Counted from the first letter of the stretch, positions 33,780-45,867 are shown. The stretch is DNA of 64,000 bases from a candidate division FCPU426 bacterium (GCA_963830915.1 CAWHOE010000019.1:32001-96000); one strand, 5' to 3'. Program-made: numbers and translations. The notes: generated by a model from the sequence alone, not told the origin.

Positions 33780-33935
33780 AAAGCCTCTTTCGTTAGGTTG
33801 GGATAATCCGGTGATTTTAACCGATGGCTTCTAGGTCGAAGAACAATTCTTGATAACAAAGTTATGCCCTTGCGGTTAACCTCTTGGGCGCGCTGATTTT
33901 GGAATCCTCCGTTAATATCCATGGGGTTTTTCGCA

Positions 33936-33964
33936 TTGACGCACCTTTTTGCCTATGACATACT
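33936..33964 (+). promoter_or_regulatory. Possible sigma70 promoter of the sugar ABC operon
   Basis: TTGACG-17 bp-CATACT. Confidence 0.4.
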
Positions 33965-34036
33965 GTAAAACACTTTGGGCCTTTTAACGTATCATCTGGC
34001 ATCGGACGGTCCTATTTTTTAACCGGCGGAGGTTTT

Positions 34037-35332
34037 ATGAAAAAAATAAGTGTGTTGTTAGCGTTTTGTGCCTGCCTTTTCATTCTTTCCACCTGGGGAA
34101 TTTCCGGTTGCGGTTCCCAAAGCAATGGTACCAAGATCAAGATCTCTTCTTGGGGAGACCTTCAAGAGAACCAGATCCTCGTTGATCTCATCGCCGATTT
34201 CCAGAAAGCCCATCCTGACATCCAGGTCGAACTGGAACGTATCCCTTTTGGTGAGTATGTCACCAAGCTGTTGACTCAGATCGCGGGAGGTTTGGCCCCG
34301 GACGTTATTTTCGTCGAGGTCAACAACTTCGTGGATCTTTTCCTTCGCGGGGCTTTAGAGCCCTTGAACCCCTATATCCAAGCCGATCATGTGGATCTGA
34401 GCGCCTATTATCCCCAGGTCCTGGACAGGTTCACAGTCGATACCCAAACCTACGTAGTACCGCGCGATACGGCCCCTATCGCGGTCATCTACTATAATAA
34501 GAAAGCCTTCGATGAGGCCGGCGTCGCTTATCCCACCGATGATTGGACCTGGGAAGATTTCGTGGCGGCTGGCAAGAAAGTCATGAAGACCGACGCGAAC
34601 GGGAAAGTGACCCGTTGGGGTTTCGTGGACGATTGGCCGCTCTGGGATGAGTGGGTTTATGACGCGGGCGGAAGCTTTACCGACAATGTGAAGCACCCGA
34701 CCAAGTGGACCTTCGCTATCGATCCGGATTCCTTGAAGGGTATCCAGTTCCGCACCGATTTGATGGATAAATACAAGATCATGTTGCCTCCCTCGGGCCT
34801 GTCGGCCATGGGCGGAATGGGTACCTCCGATATGTTCATTAATGGAAGCGTGGCCATGTTCCTGTCTGGCATCTGGAAAACCCCGACCTTCCGCAACATC
34901 AAGGACTTCAAGTGGGATGTGGTGATGTTCCCGAAAGGGCCCCATGGCTATCGGGCTTTCTCCACGGGCGGCTCGGGCTATGGCATTCTGAATTCTTCCA
35001 AACATAAAAAAGAAGCCTGGGAACTGGTGAAGTTCATTTCCGGCGAGGAAGGGGCCAAGAAGTTGGCCGCCACTGGATTGGCCCAACCGGCCATCATGAG
35101 CGTTTCCAATTCTCCTCTCTTCCTGGATGGGCAAGACCCGAAGAACAAGAAGATGCTTTTGGAAGCCATGAAATACGTGAAATACAATCCGATGTGCAAG
35201 AATTGGTTCGAGGTCCATGACAGCGTCATTGGTCCTGAGTTGGACAAGGTCTGGAACGGGACCGAGACTCCCGCCGAGGCCATGGACAAGCTCAAACCGG
35301 TTCTCGAAAAAAACGTTCCTCAAACGAAGTAA
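34037..35332 (+). CDS. Sugar ABC transporter substrate-binding lipoprotein (CUT1)
   Basis: Lipobox ISGC; PDVI, YYNK..FDEAGV, WTWEDF, GGSGY. Confidence 0.9.
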   Translation: MKKISVLLAFCACLFILSTWGISGCGSQSNGTKIKISSWGDLQENQILVDLIADFQKAHPDIQVELERIPFGEYVTKLLTQIAGGLAPDVIFVEVNNFVDLFLRGALEPLNPYIQADHVDLSAYYPQVLDRFTVDTQTYVVPRDTAPIAVIYYNKKAFDEAGVAYPTDDWTWEDFVAAGKKVMKTDANGKVTRWGFVDDWPLWDEWVYDAGGSFTDNVKHPTKWTFAIDPDSLKGIQFRTDLMDKYKIMLPPSGLSAMGGMGTSDMFINGSVAMFLSGIWKTPTFRNIKDFKWDVVMFPKGPHGYRAFSTGGSGYGILNSSKHKKEAWELVKFISGEEGAKKLAATGLAQPAIMSVSNSPLFLDGQDPKNKKMLLEAMKYVKYNPMCKNWFEVHDSVIGPELDKVWNGTETPAEAMDKLKPVLEKNVPQTK

Positions 35333-35350
35333 TCCAAGAGGTCCAAGGAG

Positions 35351-36271
35351 ATGCGGAAAATGACATCGGCCGAACGAAAAGAAGCCATCAGCGCCTTCGT
35401 ATTCATATCGCCGTTCTTGATCTGGATGGTGTTCTTGATGGGAGGCCCCATCCTGGCGGCTTTCTTCCTGTCGTTCTGTAAATGGGATATCCTCACTCCC
35501 ATCCAGTTCGTGGGGTTGGACAACTATAAGGAAATGTTCTTCAACGACGCGCGTTTCTGGAAGGCCCTGTTCAACACCGGTTATTACACCTTGCTATCCG
35601 TGCCCATCGGCTTGGTGCTTTCCATCGTGGTGGCCATCCTGATGAACCAAAAGGTCAAGGGCATCGCCCTTTATCGGACCATCTATTATCTGCCTTCGGT
35701 CGTCGGGTCGGGTGTGGCGATGGCGGTCCTTTGGAAATGGATCTTCAACGCCGATCATGGCCTTTTGAATTATATGATCTCTTTCCTCACGACCATACCC
35801 ATGGCGGATTGCCCCAAGTGGCTCGCGGATGAGACCTGGAGCAAGCCAGCCCTTATCATCATGAGTCTCTGGGGTGTGGGTTCGGGTATGATCATCTACT
35901 TGGCGGGGTTGCAAGGTATCCCGACAGCGCTCTATGAGGCGGCTGAGATCGACGGCGCGAGCCGTTGGCAACAGCTTTGGGCGGTCACCCTGCCCGGACT
36001 TTCCCCGGTCATCTTCTTCCAGTTGATCATCAGCATCGTGGGTTCCTTCCAGATCTTCAACCAAGTTTATGTCATGACGGATGGGTTGGGCGGTCCGGCC
36101 GATTCCACCCTGGTCATGGTCCTTTACATCTATCAGAAGGCCTTCAAGTATTACCAGATGGGTTACGCCTCGGCGCTTTCATGGGTGCTCTTCATCGTCA
36201 TCATGTTGGCTTCCTGGCTGCAGTTCAAGTATTCCAAGTGGGTCTATTACGAAGGCGAACTCCGCAAATAG
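35351..36271 (+). CDS. Sugar ABC permease
   Basis: EAA loop YEAAEIDGA; MGYASA. Confidence 0.92.
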   Translation: MRKMTSAERKEAISAFVFISPFLIWMVFLMGGPILAAFFLSFCKWDILTPIQFVGLDNYKEMFFNDARFWKALFNTGYYTLLSVPIGLVLSIVVAILMNQKVKGIALYRTIYYLPSVVGSGVAMAVLWKWIFNADHGLLNYMISFLTTIPMADCPKWLADETWSKPALIIMSLWGVGSGMIIYLAGLQGIPTALYEAAEIDGASRWQQLWAVTLPGLSPVIFFQLIISIVGSFQIFNQVYVMTDGLGGPADSTLVMVLYIYQKAFKYYQMGYASALSWVLFIVIMLASWLQFKYSKWVYYEGELRK

Positions 36272-36272
36272 G

Positions 36273-37252
36273 ATGGAAAAAATGAGCGAAAATTCTTTGG
36301 CAGTCTCCCCGGCTGGGGGTTTTTGGGCCAGCAAGAAGAAGATCGAGAGATACACCAGGATATTCACCTTCATCGTCCTGGGTATCGGCGCGATCACCAT
36401 GCTTTTCCCGATCGTTTGGATGATCTCCACTTCCTTCAAGGAAGCCACCCAGGTTTTCGCCATTCCGCCGGTTTGGATCCCGAACCCGCTCCATTGGGAA
36501 AATTACCCCAAGGCTTGGAACATTTCGGGGATGTACTCCAGCGATATTTCCGGTTTCCTGTCCGGGTTCTACACTTCGGATGACGGCGCATTCCTGGGCA
36601 TCAAGTTCCAGGGCATCAATTTCACCACCTATTTTTTCAACACGCTCACCATTTCGGTCCTGAGCTGCTTGGGAACCACGATTTCCTCCTCGGTGGTGGC
36701 CTTCGCTTTCGCCCGCCTTCGTTTCCCGGGACGCGGTCCCTTGTTCCTCCTGTGCCTGGCCACCATGATGGTCCCGCCCCAGGTCACCATGATCCCGTCC
36801 TTCATCCTCTTCAAGAGCATCGGCTGGTACAACACCTTCTATCCTTTGATCGTCCCGGCGTTCCTGGGCGGCGGCGCTTACAACATCTTCCTGATGCGCC
36901 AGTTCTTCATGAGCATCCCTTATGAAATGGACGAGGCGGCCAAGATCGACGGATGCACGGACCTGGGGGTCTATTGGCGGATCCTGATGCCCCTTTGCAA
37001 ACCGGCCTTGACCACCGTCGCGGTCTTTTCCTTCGTCTGGAATTGGAACGACTTCTTGAATCCCTTGATCTACCTGGATTCCAACAGCAAGAAACCCTGG
37101 CCCTGGGGTTGACCAACTTCGTCTCCCTATACGGGCAGGATTACCACCTCTTGATGGCGGCTTCGCTCATCATCTCTTTCCCCATCGTCTTGATGTTCCT
37201 GGTCGGACAAAGGTACTTCATCCAAGGTATCGCGACCACGGGCCTCAAATAA
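36273..37252 (+). CDS. Sugar ABC permease, frameshift near 37092
   Basis: DEAAKIDG, WNDF; adding one A restores KKTLALGL...QRYFIQG. Confidence 0.88.
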
Positions 37253-37271
37253 GTCAACTCGAAGAATCACG

Positions 37272-37310
37272 AGCCCTTGCCCCGGAGTTTGGCGCGAGGG
37301 CTTTTGTTTT
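37272..37310 (+). terminator. Intrinsic terminator
   Basis: AGCCCTTGC...GCGAGGGCT followed by a T-run. Confidence 0.65.
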
Positions 37311-37460
37311 AAAGGATCGTTGAAAAGCGCTGAACACTGTTGAAAAGAAGCGAACAACACCCACCCAACACTTTAAGATAACCCCAAAATTCATCGGCGT
37401 TCACACGCTTGGTTTCGTTGAATCAGGGAAGTTTTTTCAAACAAAAAAAGGAGATTTGGA

Positions 37461-38630
37461 ATGAAGAACACGCTTTCCCCGCTGGGCAAGGAGAAGTTTT
37501 TCTTCACGTCGGAGTCCGTCACCGAAGGACATCCGGACAAGGTCGCGGACGCTATCTCGGACGGTATCCTGGACGCCTGCTTGAAACAGGACCCTATGAG
37601 CCGGGTTGCCTGCGAGACGCTGCTGACCTGTAACTGGGTGGTGGTGGCCGGAGAGATCACGACCAACGCGTCGGTGAACTGGCCCCAGGTCATCCGGGAC
37701 ACGATCCGCAAGATCGGCTATACGGACGCCAAGGCCGGGTTGGACGCCGACACCGCCGGGGTCTCGGTCGCCATTAACCGCCAATCGCCTGACATCGCCA
37801 TGGGCGTGGACACGGGCGGAGCGGGGGACCAGGGCATGATGTTCGGGTTCGCCTGCCGCGAAACACCCGAATTGATGCCCCTTCCCATCATGCTGGCCCA
37901 CCGCCTGGTCGAGAAATTGGCCCAGGTCCGCAAGTCCAAGAAACTCACTTATCTCAGGCCGGACGGCAAGAGCCAGGTGTCGGTGGAATACATCGGCGGG
38001 AAGCCGGTACGCGTGGACGCGGTGGTCGTTTCCACCCAGCACGCCCCGATCAACCAGGCCAAACTGAAGGCCGACATCATCCGTCACGTCATCCGGCCGG
38101 TCATCCCGACCCGCATGATCGACAGCAAGACCAAGATCTTCGTCAACCCGACCGGCCGTTTTGAGATCGGCGGGCCCTTGGGCGACACAGGCCTCACCGG
38201 CCGTAAGATCATCGTGGACACCTACGGCGGCTACGGCCGTCACGGCGGCGGGGCTTTCTCAGGCAAAGACCCCTCCAAGGTCGACCGCTCGGCGGCTTAC
38301 GCGGCCCGTTGGGTCGCCAAGAATATCGTGGCGGCGGGATTGGCCGACCAGTGCGAGGTGCAGATCTCGTACGCCATCGGCGTGGCCCAGCCCACCAGCG
38401 TTCTGGTGAACACCTTCGGGACCGGGCGCCTGCCGGAAGAGCAGATCACCCAGTTGGTGCGCAAGTTCTTCGACTTGACGCCGCGGGGCATCATGAAGGC
38501 GCTCAACCTTCGCCGTCCGATCTACCAGAAGACGGCCGCCTACGGCCACTTCGGCCGCAAGGACAAGGATTTCACCTGGGAAAAGACCGACAAGGCCGCC
38601 CAGCTTCGCAAAGCCGCAAAATTGAAATAG
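37461..38630 (+). CDS. metK: S-adenosylmethionine synthetase
   Basis: [28 protein letters not shown]. Confidence 0.98.
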   Translation: MKNTLSPLGKEKFFFTSESVTEGHPDKVADAISDGILDACLKQDPMSRVACETLLTCNWVVVAGEITTNASVNWPQVIRDTIRKIGYTDAKAGLDADTAGVSVAINRQSPDIAMGVDTGGAGDQGMMFGFACRETPELMPLPIMLAHRLVEKLAQVRKSKKLTYLRPDGKSQVSVEYIGGKPVRVDAVVVSTQHAPINQAKLKADIIRHVIRPVIPTRMIDSKTKIFVNPTGRFEIGGPLGDTGLTGRKIIVDTYGGYGRHGGGAFSGKDPSKVDRSAAYAARWVAKNIVAAGLADQCEVQISYAIGVAQPTSVLVNTFGTGRLPEEQITQLVRKFFDLTPRGIMKALNLRRPIYQKTAAYGHFGRKDKDFTWEKTDKAAQLRKAAKLK

Positions 38631-38638
38631 TGTTTTTC

Positions 38639-38696
38639 AACCACCAAGACGCCGATGTTCGGGAAATTCCCGGAACCAACGGTGATCTTGGTGGTT
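38639..38696. repeat. Hairpin element with AACCACCAAGA/TCTTGGTGGTT ends
   Basis: 11-bp perfect terminal inverted repeat with the same ends as the elements at 51218 and 53859. Confidence 0.75.
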
Positions 38697-38722
38697 CATC
38701 TTTTTAGGGAGGAATTTTTTAA

Positions 38723-39979
<1,257 letters not shown>

Positions 39980-40003
39980 TCCTAGGCTCCATGTTTATGT
40001 GAT

Positions 40004-40034
40004 AAGGCGGGCCCTTCCCGGGCCCGCCTTTTTT
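40004..40034 (+). terminator. Intrinsic terminator after ahcY
   Basis: AAGGCGGGCCC-TTCCC-GGGCCCGCCTT-TTTT. Confidence 0.9.
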
Positions 40035-40152
40035 GTTTGCGGGCACCTCAAAAAATCCCCTTTTTGTTTTTTGGTATTAAAAAATAAGACTTTCGCGGTG
40101 AATTATTCGAAGTCTTCTTAGGGTTTTGTCTTTGTTTTTCTTGGTGCCCTTG

Positions 40153-40228
40153 TGCCGATTTCCAAAATGAACCGATATGGAAATCGGTACTATACCGACC
40201 TCCTTAATTGTTTAGTTGAAGGTCGGCA
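40153..40228 (-). mobile_element. Twin-hairpin micro-insertion A (76 bp) inside a CTTGGTGCCCTTGGTGGTT arm
   Basis: Flanked by TG/TG (CA on the minus strand); removal restores the arm seen intact ending at 54015. Confidence 0.7.
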
Positions 40229-40293
40229 TGGTGGTTCAATCGCCGTTATTAGGTTTATAATCGTCGGGTCTGAAAAACACCCTGGAGGAAACG

Positions 40294-41304
40294 ATGCCAT
40301 CTAGAACCCTCGCGCTTTTATCCCTTTGCCTCATCATCCTCGCCGGCTGCGCCAAATCCCCGGGCGGGAACGGCCCCAAGATCGGGCTTTCGCTGGATAC
40401 CCTCAAGGAAGAACGCTGGCAGCATGACCGGGACCTGTTCGTGGCCAGGGCCAAGGAACTGGGGGTCGAGGTGCTGGTGCAGGCCTCCAACTCCAACGAC
40501 GCCCTTCAGAACAACCAGGCGGAGAATCTCCTGACCCAGGGCGTGAAGGTGCTGGTGGTGGTGCCGCACAACGGCAAGAGCGCGGCGACCATCGTGGACT
40601 CGGCGCACAAGGCGGGCGTGCCCGTCATCGCCTATGACCGCCTCATCAACGACAGCGACCTGGACCTGTATATTTCCTTCGATAACGTGAAGGTCGGGGA
40701 ACTGCAGGCTTCCTATCTGGTGGACCGCAAGCCCAAGGGCAATTACGTATTGATCGGCGGTGCCCCCACGGACAATAACGCCAAGCTGTTCCGCCAGGGC
40801 CAGATGAACGTCCTGAAACCCTACATCGACCGGGGCGATATCAAGGTCGTCGGCGACCAATGGGCCAACGACTGGCTGCCGGTGGAAGCCCTCAAGATCA
40901 TGGAGAACGCCCTCACCCGCAACAACAACCAGGTGGACGCGGTGGTGGTCTCCAACGACGGCACGGCGGGCGGCGCCATCCAGGCCCTGGCCGAACAGAA
41001 ACTGGCGGGAAAGGTGCTGGTTTCGGGTCAGGACGCCGACCTGGCGGGATGCCAGAGGATCGTGGCGGGCACCCAGAGCATGACGGTCTACAAGCCCATC
41101 CTGAAGCTGGCCAACCTGGCCGCCGAGGTGGCGGTGATGATGGCCAAGGGCCAACCCCTCACCGAGAAGACCACCACGGTCAATAACGGGAAAAAGGACG
41201 TTCCCAGCATCCTCATCCCGCCGGTCCAGGTGGACAAGGCCAACCTGGATTCGACGGTCATCGCCGACGGCTACCAGAAAAAAGAGGAAGTTTACAAAAA
41301 ATAG
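40294..41304 (+). CDS. xylF: D-xylose ABC substrate-binding protein
   Basis: ERWQHDRD, AYDRLI, ISFDN..VG, GAPTDNNA, QDAD, TVYKP. Confidence 0.92.
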   Translation: MPSRTLALLSLCLIILAGCAKSPGGNGPKIGLSLDTLKEERWQHDRDLFVARAKELGVEVLVQASNSNDALQNNQAENLLTQGVKVLVVVPHNGKSAATIVDSAHKAGVPVIAYDRLINDSDLDLYISFDNVKVGELQASYLVDRKPKGNYVLIGGAPTDNNAKLFRQGQMNVLKPYIDRGDIKVVGDQWANDWLPVEALKIMENALTRNNNQVDAVVVSNDGTAGGAIQALAEQKLAGKVLVSGQDADLAGCQRIVAGTQSMTVYKPILKLANLAAEVAVMMAKGQPLTEKTTTVNNGKKDVPSILIPPVQVDKANLDSTVIADGYQKKEEVYKK

Positions 41305-41413
41305 TTCTAAGTTCTGAGTTGGCAGTTTTAAGTTGAAGGTATAACCGGAATAACCGCCGATGAGTTATGTTTGATTACCCGAACTTAGAACTCAACACTC
41401 AGAACTCAAAACT
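41303..41413. repeat. Inverted element built from 7-bp units (AGTTCTA/AGTTCTG ... AACTTAG/AACTCAG)
   Basis: Left arm 41303-41334 and right arm 41382-41413 are complementary heptamer runs. Confidence 0.7.
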
Positions 41414-41425
41414 TTGGAGCGCCCA

Positions 41426-42937
41426 TTGCCACTACTGGAACTTCGAAACATCACCAAGGATTTTCCGGGTGTCCGGGCCCTGGATGGTGTTTCCTTCGAT
41501 CTTGAAAAAGGGGAAGTGCACGCCCTTTGCGGCGAGAACGGGGCGGGCAAAAGCACCCTCATCAAGGTCCTCTGCGGTTATTACCCTTTTGGCTCCTGGG
41601 GCGGGGAAGTCCTATTGGACGGCCAGCCGATCCATTTCATGAACCTGCGGGACTCGGAAGACAAGGGCATCGCCCTCATCGCCCAAGAATTGGCGATGGT
41701 CCCGGGTCTCTCCGCCGCTGAAAACCTGATGCTGGGCCGGGAACCGGTCAAGAACGGCATGATCCAATGGGACCGGGTGAGGGAAGAGGTTCGGAAGGCT
41801 TTCGAACTGGTGGGGCTTGAGATCGACCCGGATATGCCGGTTAGGGAACTGGGCGTGGGCCAACAGCAGATGATCGAGATCGCCAAAGCCCTTTCCAAGA
41901 AAGCCCGCATCCTGGTCCTGGACGAGCCCACCGCGGCCTTGTCCGATGTGGACGCCAAACGCCTGCTTCAATTGCTCCACCAGCTCCGTTCGCAAGGCGT
42001 CTCCTCCATCTATATCAGCCACCGCCTGGAAGAGGTCTCCGGCATCGCCGACCGGGTGACGGTCCTTCGGGACGGCAGGTCCATCGTGACCGCTCCCTCC
42101 TCCCAACTTTCCCGGGACCAGATCATCGGCCACATGGTCGGGCGCAAAGTGGAGAACCTCTATCCCCGGCCCCAGACCCAGGCGGGGAAAACCCTCCTAT
42201 CGGTCAAGGACCTGCGGGTGGAGGATCCGGCCAATCCGGGCAGGTTCGTGGTGGACGGCGTTTCTTTCGACCTTCGCGCCGGGGAAGTGTTGGGCCTGGC
42301 GGGGCTGATGGGGGCGGGACGCACGGCCCTGGTCTCCTCCCTCTTCGGGGCGGCCAAGGGAAAGGCCTCGGCCCAGGTCGAGGTCGGCGGAAAGTCAGGC
42401 CTCCTGTTCAGGTCCCCCCGGGAAGCGGTCGAGGCGGGGCTGGCCCTGGTCAGCGAGGACCGCAAACGCTACGGCCTGGTATTGGAATCCTCCATCGAGG
42501 AGAACCTCATCCTGGCCTCCATGGGCCGACTGGTCAAAGGCGGTTTCATCGATGGGGAAGCGGCTCGGCGGGAAAGCCAGGGGCAAGTGGACTCCCTGCG
42601 GGTCAAGACCCCAAGTCTCAACACCTGGGCCAACAAGCTGTCGGGGGGCAACCAGCAAAAAGTGGTCCTGGGCAAATGGCTCATGACCGCCCCCCAAGTC
42701 CTGCTTTTGGACGAGCCCACCCGGGGCATCGATGTGGGCGCCAAGGCCGAGATCTACGAGTTGATCGGGCAATTGGCCAAGAAGGGGATGGGCATCCTGT
42801 TGGTTTCTTCCGACCTTCCGGAACTGTTGGGGTTAAGCCACAGGCTGATCGTCCTGAGCGCCGGAAAAATGACGGCCAAGCTGGAAGCGGCGGAAGCCAT
42901 GCCGGAAAAAGTCATGGCCGCGGCGGTGAGCCATTGA
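41426..42937 (+). CDS. xylG: Xylose ABC ATP-binding protein
   Basis: GENGAGKST, LDEPT twice, LSGGNQQK; TTG start after GGAG. Confidence 0.93.
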   Translation: MPLLELRNITKDFPGVRALDGVSFDLEKGEVHALCGENGAGKSTLIKVLCGYYPFGSWGGEVLLDGQPIHFMNLRDSEDKGIALIAQELAMVPGLSAAENLMLGREPVKNGMIQWDRVREEVRKAFELVGLEIDPDMPVRELGVGQQQMIEIAKALSKKARILVLDEPTAALSDVDAKRLLQLLHQLRSQGVSSIYISHRLEEVSGIADRVTVLRDGRSIVTAPSSQLSRDQIIGHMVGRKVENLYPRPQTQAGKTLLSVKDLRVEDPANPGRFVVDGVSFDLRAGEVLGLAGLMGAGRTALVSSLFGAAKGKASAQVEVGGKSGLLFRSPREAVEAGLALVSEDRKRYGLVLESSIEENLILASMGRLVKGGFIDGEAARRESQGQVDSLRVKTPSLNTWANKLSGGNQQKVVLGKWLMTAPQVLLLDEPTRGIDVGAKAEIYELIGQLAKKGMGILLVSSDLPELLGLSHRLIVLSAGKMTAKLEAAEAMPEKVMAAAVSH

Positions 42938-44640
42938 GAAGTCCGGCGTCGGCGCGCGGGAGCAAAACCCTTAGCTGGGTCCTCTTCCTATCCCTGGGCA
43001 TATTGGGTATCTGGCATTTCCACGACAGCGAGTTCCTTTCCAACTTCCAGGTCGTTCCCGGCGGGCGGGGGGATAACCGTTTGGTTTGCGCCCTTTTGGA
43101 ATATACCCATCACGCTTTCCTGGGCGCCGGCCATTATTTTTCCCCCGCCTTTTACTTTCCCTCGGACCGCACCTTGGGCTATTCGGACGCTTATCTGTCC
43201 CACGCCGTTCTTTTCCATTTCCTGAGGACCATGAAACTGGACCTCTTCTCCAGCTATCAGATCTGCGTGCTGGTCTTCAATATCCTCAACTATCTTTTCT
43301 GTTTCCTGATGCTTCGAAAGGGGTTCAACTTCGGATGGGCCGCTTCCTCGGTCGGCGCTTTCCTCTTCGCTTTCAACGCTCCCAAATTCAACCAGATCAG
43401 CCATACCCAACTCCAGTTCCTGTGTTGTCTGCCGCTGGCGGTCTGGGCCCTGGCCGAGTGGGTCAAAGGCGCGGGGAAGATGGGACAGGTCAAGGCGTTC
43501 TGGCTTCTTTCCGCCGCGGGGCTATGCCTGAACCTGCAATTGATGACCGCTTTCTATCCGGCCTGGTTCTTCCTTTTCTGGATGAGCCTGTTTTTCCTTC
43601 TTTCCCTTTGTCTCAAATCCACCCGGCAATATTTGGCCGGACTCCTCAAGAGCTATTGGCAAGCGCTGACCGGCGCGGCCATCGTTTTTCTGGCGGGGCT
43701 CATCCCATTCCTTTGGCTTTATCTTCCGGTCGCCCGGGACCTGGGCGGGAAGGATTACAGCGAGGTCAAGATGATGATCCCGACCTTGGGGTCGTTCCTG
43801 TGGATGGGTCCGGGGCACAAAGTCTGGGGAAGGTTGTGGGACCAGTGGTCTGTTTTCCAATCCTTTCCTATCGAGAATGAGGCGAGGATGGGTTTTGGAT
43901 TGGCGCTATCGGCCATTATTTTAGTCGCCGCTTTTGCAGCTTTATGGATCGTTAAAAATTTGAAAAATAAAAAAAAGAACCGATTTCTTAAGACCGTTTA
44001 CGATGAAGCCGGAGAAAACAAAACCCTGTTCATGGTTCTAACTACCGTGACCACCGTTCTTTTTTGCGTGATCGCCTGCCAGTATCCCGGTGACTTTTCA
44101 CCCTGGCGTTGGGTGTTCGATCTGGTGCCGGGGGCCCAGAGCGTACGGGCTGTTTCCCGTTACGCCATATTCCTGGCGTTGCCCCTTTCCATCATCCTGG
44201 CTTTTATCCTGGATGGCCTTCTAAAACACGCTGGTCGGTCCGCTCTCGTAAAGAAAAAGACGGTCCTTTACGGCCTGACCATTTTCGCGGCGGGGTTCAT
44301 CGTTCTTGAGCAGACCGCCTTGCCGTCCTGGAATGGGTTCGAGAAAACGAAGGAACTTTACCGGTTGGAATACCTGAGTGAAAAGTTGTACCTCAACTGT
44401 CCGATGTTCTATGTCACGGTGGACCCGAGGGTGCCCTATAACGCCACGGACATCCAATTGGACGCCATGCTCATCTCGGCGGGGACGGGTATCTCGACCT
44501 TCAACGGTTATAGCGGGGCCAGCCCGCGTGACTGGTGGCTATATCGGGTGCGAAGCCCCAAGTATGGACAGTATGTTAAGAACTGGATGGATCTGCACCA
44601 GATCCAACAGCCGGCCTGCGAACTTCATATCGATCAGTAA
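42934..44640 (+). CDS. Polytopic membrane protein, GT-C/YfhO-like
   Basis: TTG start overlaps the xylG stop (TTGA); GDNRL..LE and FP...TLGYSD loop, many TM helices, NGYSG tail. Confidence 0.7.
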   Translation: MRSPASARGSKTLSWVLFLSLGILGIWHFHDSEFLSNFQVVPGGRGDNRLVCALLEYTHHAFLGAGHYFSPAFYFPSDRTLGYSDAYLSHAVLFHFLRTMKLDLFSSYQICVLVFNILNYLFCFLMLRKGFNFGWAASSVGAFLFAFNAPKFNQISHTQLQFLCCLPLAVWALAEWVKGAGKMGQVKAFWLLSAAGLCLNLQLMTAFYPAWFFLFWMSLFFLLSLCLKSTRQYLAGLLKSYWQALTGAAIVFLAGLIPFLWLYLPVARDLGGKDYSEVKMMIPTLGSFLWMGPGHKVWGRLWDQWSVFQSFPIENEARMGFGLALSAIILVAAFAALWIVKNLKNKKKNRFLKTVYDEAGENKTLFMVLTTVTTVLFCVIACQYPGDFSPWRWVFDLVPGAQSVRAVSRYAIFLALPLSIILAFILDGLLKHAGRSALVKKKTVLYGLTIFAAGFIVLEQTALPSWNGFEKTKELYRLEYLSEKLYLNCPMFYVTVDPRVPYNATDIQLDAMLISAGTGISTFNGYSGASPRDWWLYRVRSPKYGQYVKNWMDLHQIQQPACELHIDQ

Positions 44641-44660
44641 ATAACAGGAGGGAAGCATCC

Positions 44661-45758
44661 ATGGAAGCGACAAAGAAAGGTTTCAATATCCCCTGGCGGG
44701 CGCTCACGATGGTGGGGGCCCTGGCCCTGATCTGGATTCTCTTTTCCATCACCACCGGCGGAACCTTCCTCATTCCCCGGAATCTTTCCCTTCTCATGCG
44801 CCAGACGGCGGTCACTTCCATCCTGGCGGTGGCCATGGTGCTGGTCATCGTGGCGGGCCAGATCGACCTTTCGGTCGGGGCCATGTGCGGTTTCCTGGGG
44901 GCTGTTTCCGCCGTGTTGTTCATCGACCACTCTTGGCCCCTTTGGGCGGCCCTGGCGGCCACCCTGCTTCTGGGCGCCCTGTTCGGCCATCTCCAGGGAA
45001 GGCTGGTGACCTGGTTCAACATCCCGCCTTTCATCGTGACCCTGGGAGGGATGCTGGTTTTCCAGGGTTCCCTTCTGGGTATCACCGGCGGGGTGGCCAT
45101 CAGTCCCACGCCCGATTATCTCTATATCGGCCAGGCTTATCTGCCCAAGATGGTGGGCTGGGGTTTGGCGGGATTGCTTATCCTTCTGTTCCTCTATAAG
45201 GCCCTGAAGTCCAAATCCCTCGCCAGGTGGACCTGGGTAGGGTTGGCGGTCATCACGGCGGTATTCACCACGATCATGAATTCCTACGAGGGTGTCCCAA
45301 TCCCGGTCCTGTTGATGCTCACCCTCGCCACGGTCTTTTCCATTGTGGCTAACTACACCCCTTACGGACGGCACCTCTACGCTATCGGGGGCAACCGGGA
45401 AGCGGCCTTTTATTCCGGTATCAACATCGAGAAACATCTGGTGATGGTCTTTACCCTGATGGGATTGATGGCGGGGGTGGCGGGTATCGTCTTGACGGCC
45501 AGGGTGGGCGCCGCGACCTCGGACGCCGGTAGGATGATGGAGTTGGACGCCATCGCCGCCGCGGTCATCGGAGGGACATCGCTGATGGGAGGACGCGGTA
45601 CGGTTTGGGGCGCCATCCTGGGAGCTCTGGTCATGGCGTCTTTGGATAACGGCATGAGCCTGATGAACACCGAGGCCTTCTGGCAGCCCATCATCAAGGG
45701 AAGCATTCTTATCACCGCGGTGGCGTTGGATATGGCGGGTCGAAAAGGGAAGAACTAA
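44661..45758 (+). CDS. xylH: Xylose ABC permease
   Basis: IDLSVG, IPPFIVTLGG, YAIGGN, ELDAIAAAVIGG. Confidence 0.92.
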   Translation: MEATKKGFNIPWRALTMVGALALIWILFSITTGGTFLIPRNLSLLMRQTAVTSILAVAMVLVIVAGQIDLSVGAMCGFLGAVSAVLFIDHSWPLWAALAATLLLGALFGHLQGRLVTWFNIPPFIVTLGGMLVFQGSLLGITGGVAISPTPDYLYIGQAYLPKMVGWGLAGLLILLFLYKALKSKSLARWTWVGLAVITAVFTTIMNSYEGVPIPVLLMLTLATVFSIVANYTPYGRHLYAIGGNREAAFYSGINIEKHLVMVFTLMGLMAGVAGIVLTARVGAATSDAGRMMELDAIAAAVIGGTSLMGGRGTVWGAILGALVMASLDNGMSLMNTEAFWQPIIKGSILITAVALDMAGRKGKN

Positions 45759-45775
45759 CAACCAAGATTAAATCA

Positions 45776-45867
45776 GCCACCGATTAACACCGATGAATAT
45801 GATTTCAAAAAACAAATTTTAATATTGGCAAAATTTTAATCTGTGTTCATCTGTGTTTATCTGTGGC
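45776..45867. repeat. Inverted element of 10-bp units (GCCACCGATTAACACCGAT ... ATCTGTGTTCATCTGTGTTTATCTGTGGC)
   Basis: Imperfect complementary arms around an AT-rich core. Confidence 0.7.

Noticed and set aside
5225..37100. Phase variation or pseudogenes at ~5230, ~5570, ~28730, ~32003, ~37092
   Set aside because: Each is a single-base change in a short run, with no long slippage tract and no other decay, consistent with long-read indel error.
37311..37460. SAM riboswitch upstream of metK
   Set aside because: No recognisable SAM-I/II core by eye; an Rfam scan would settle it.
38631..38722. SAH riboswitch upstream of ahcY
   Set aside because: The hairpin has the same ends as the dispersed AACCACCAAG repeat family.
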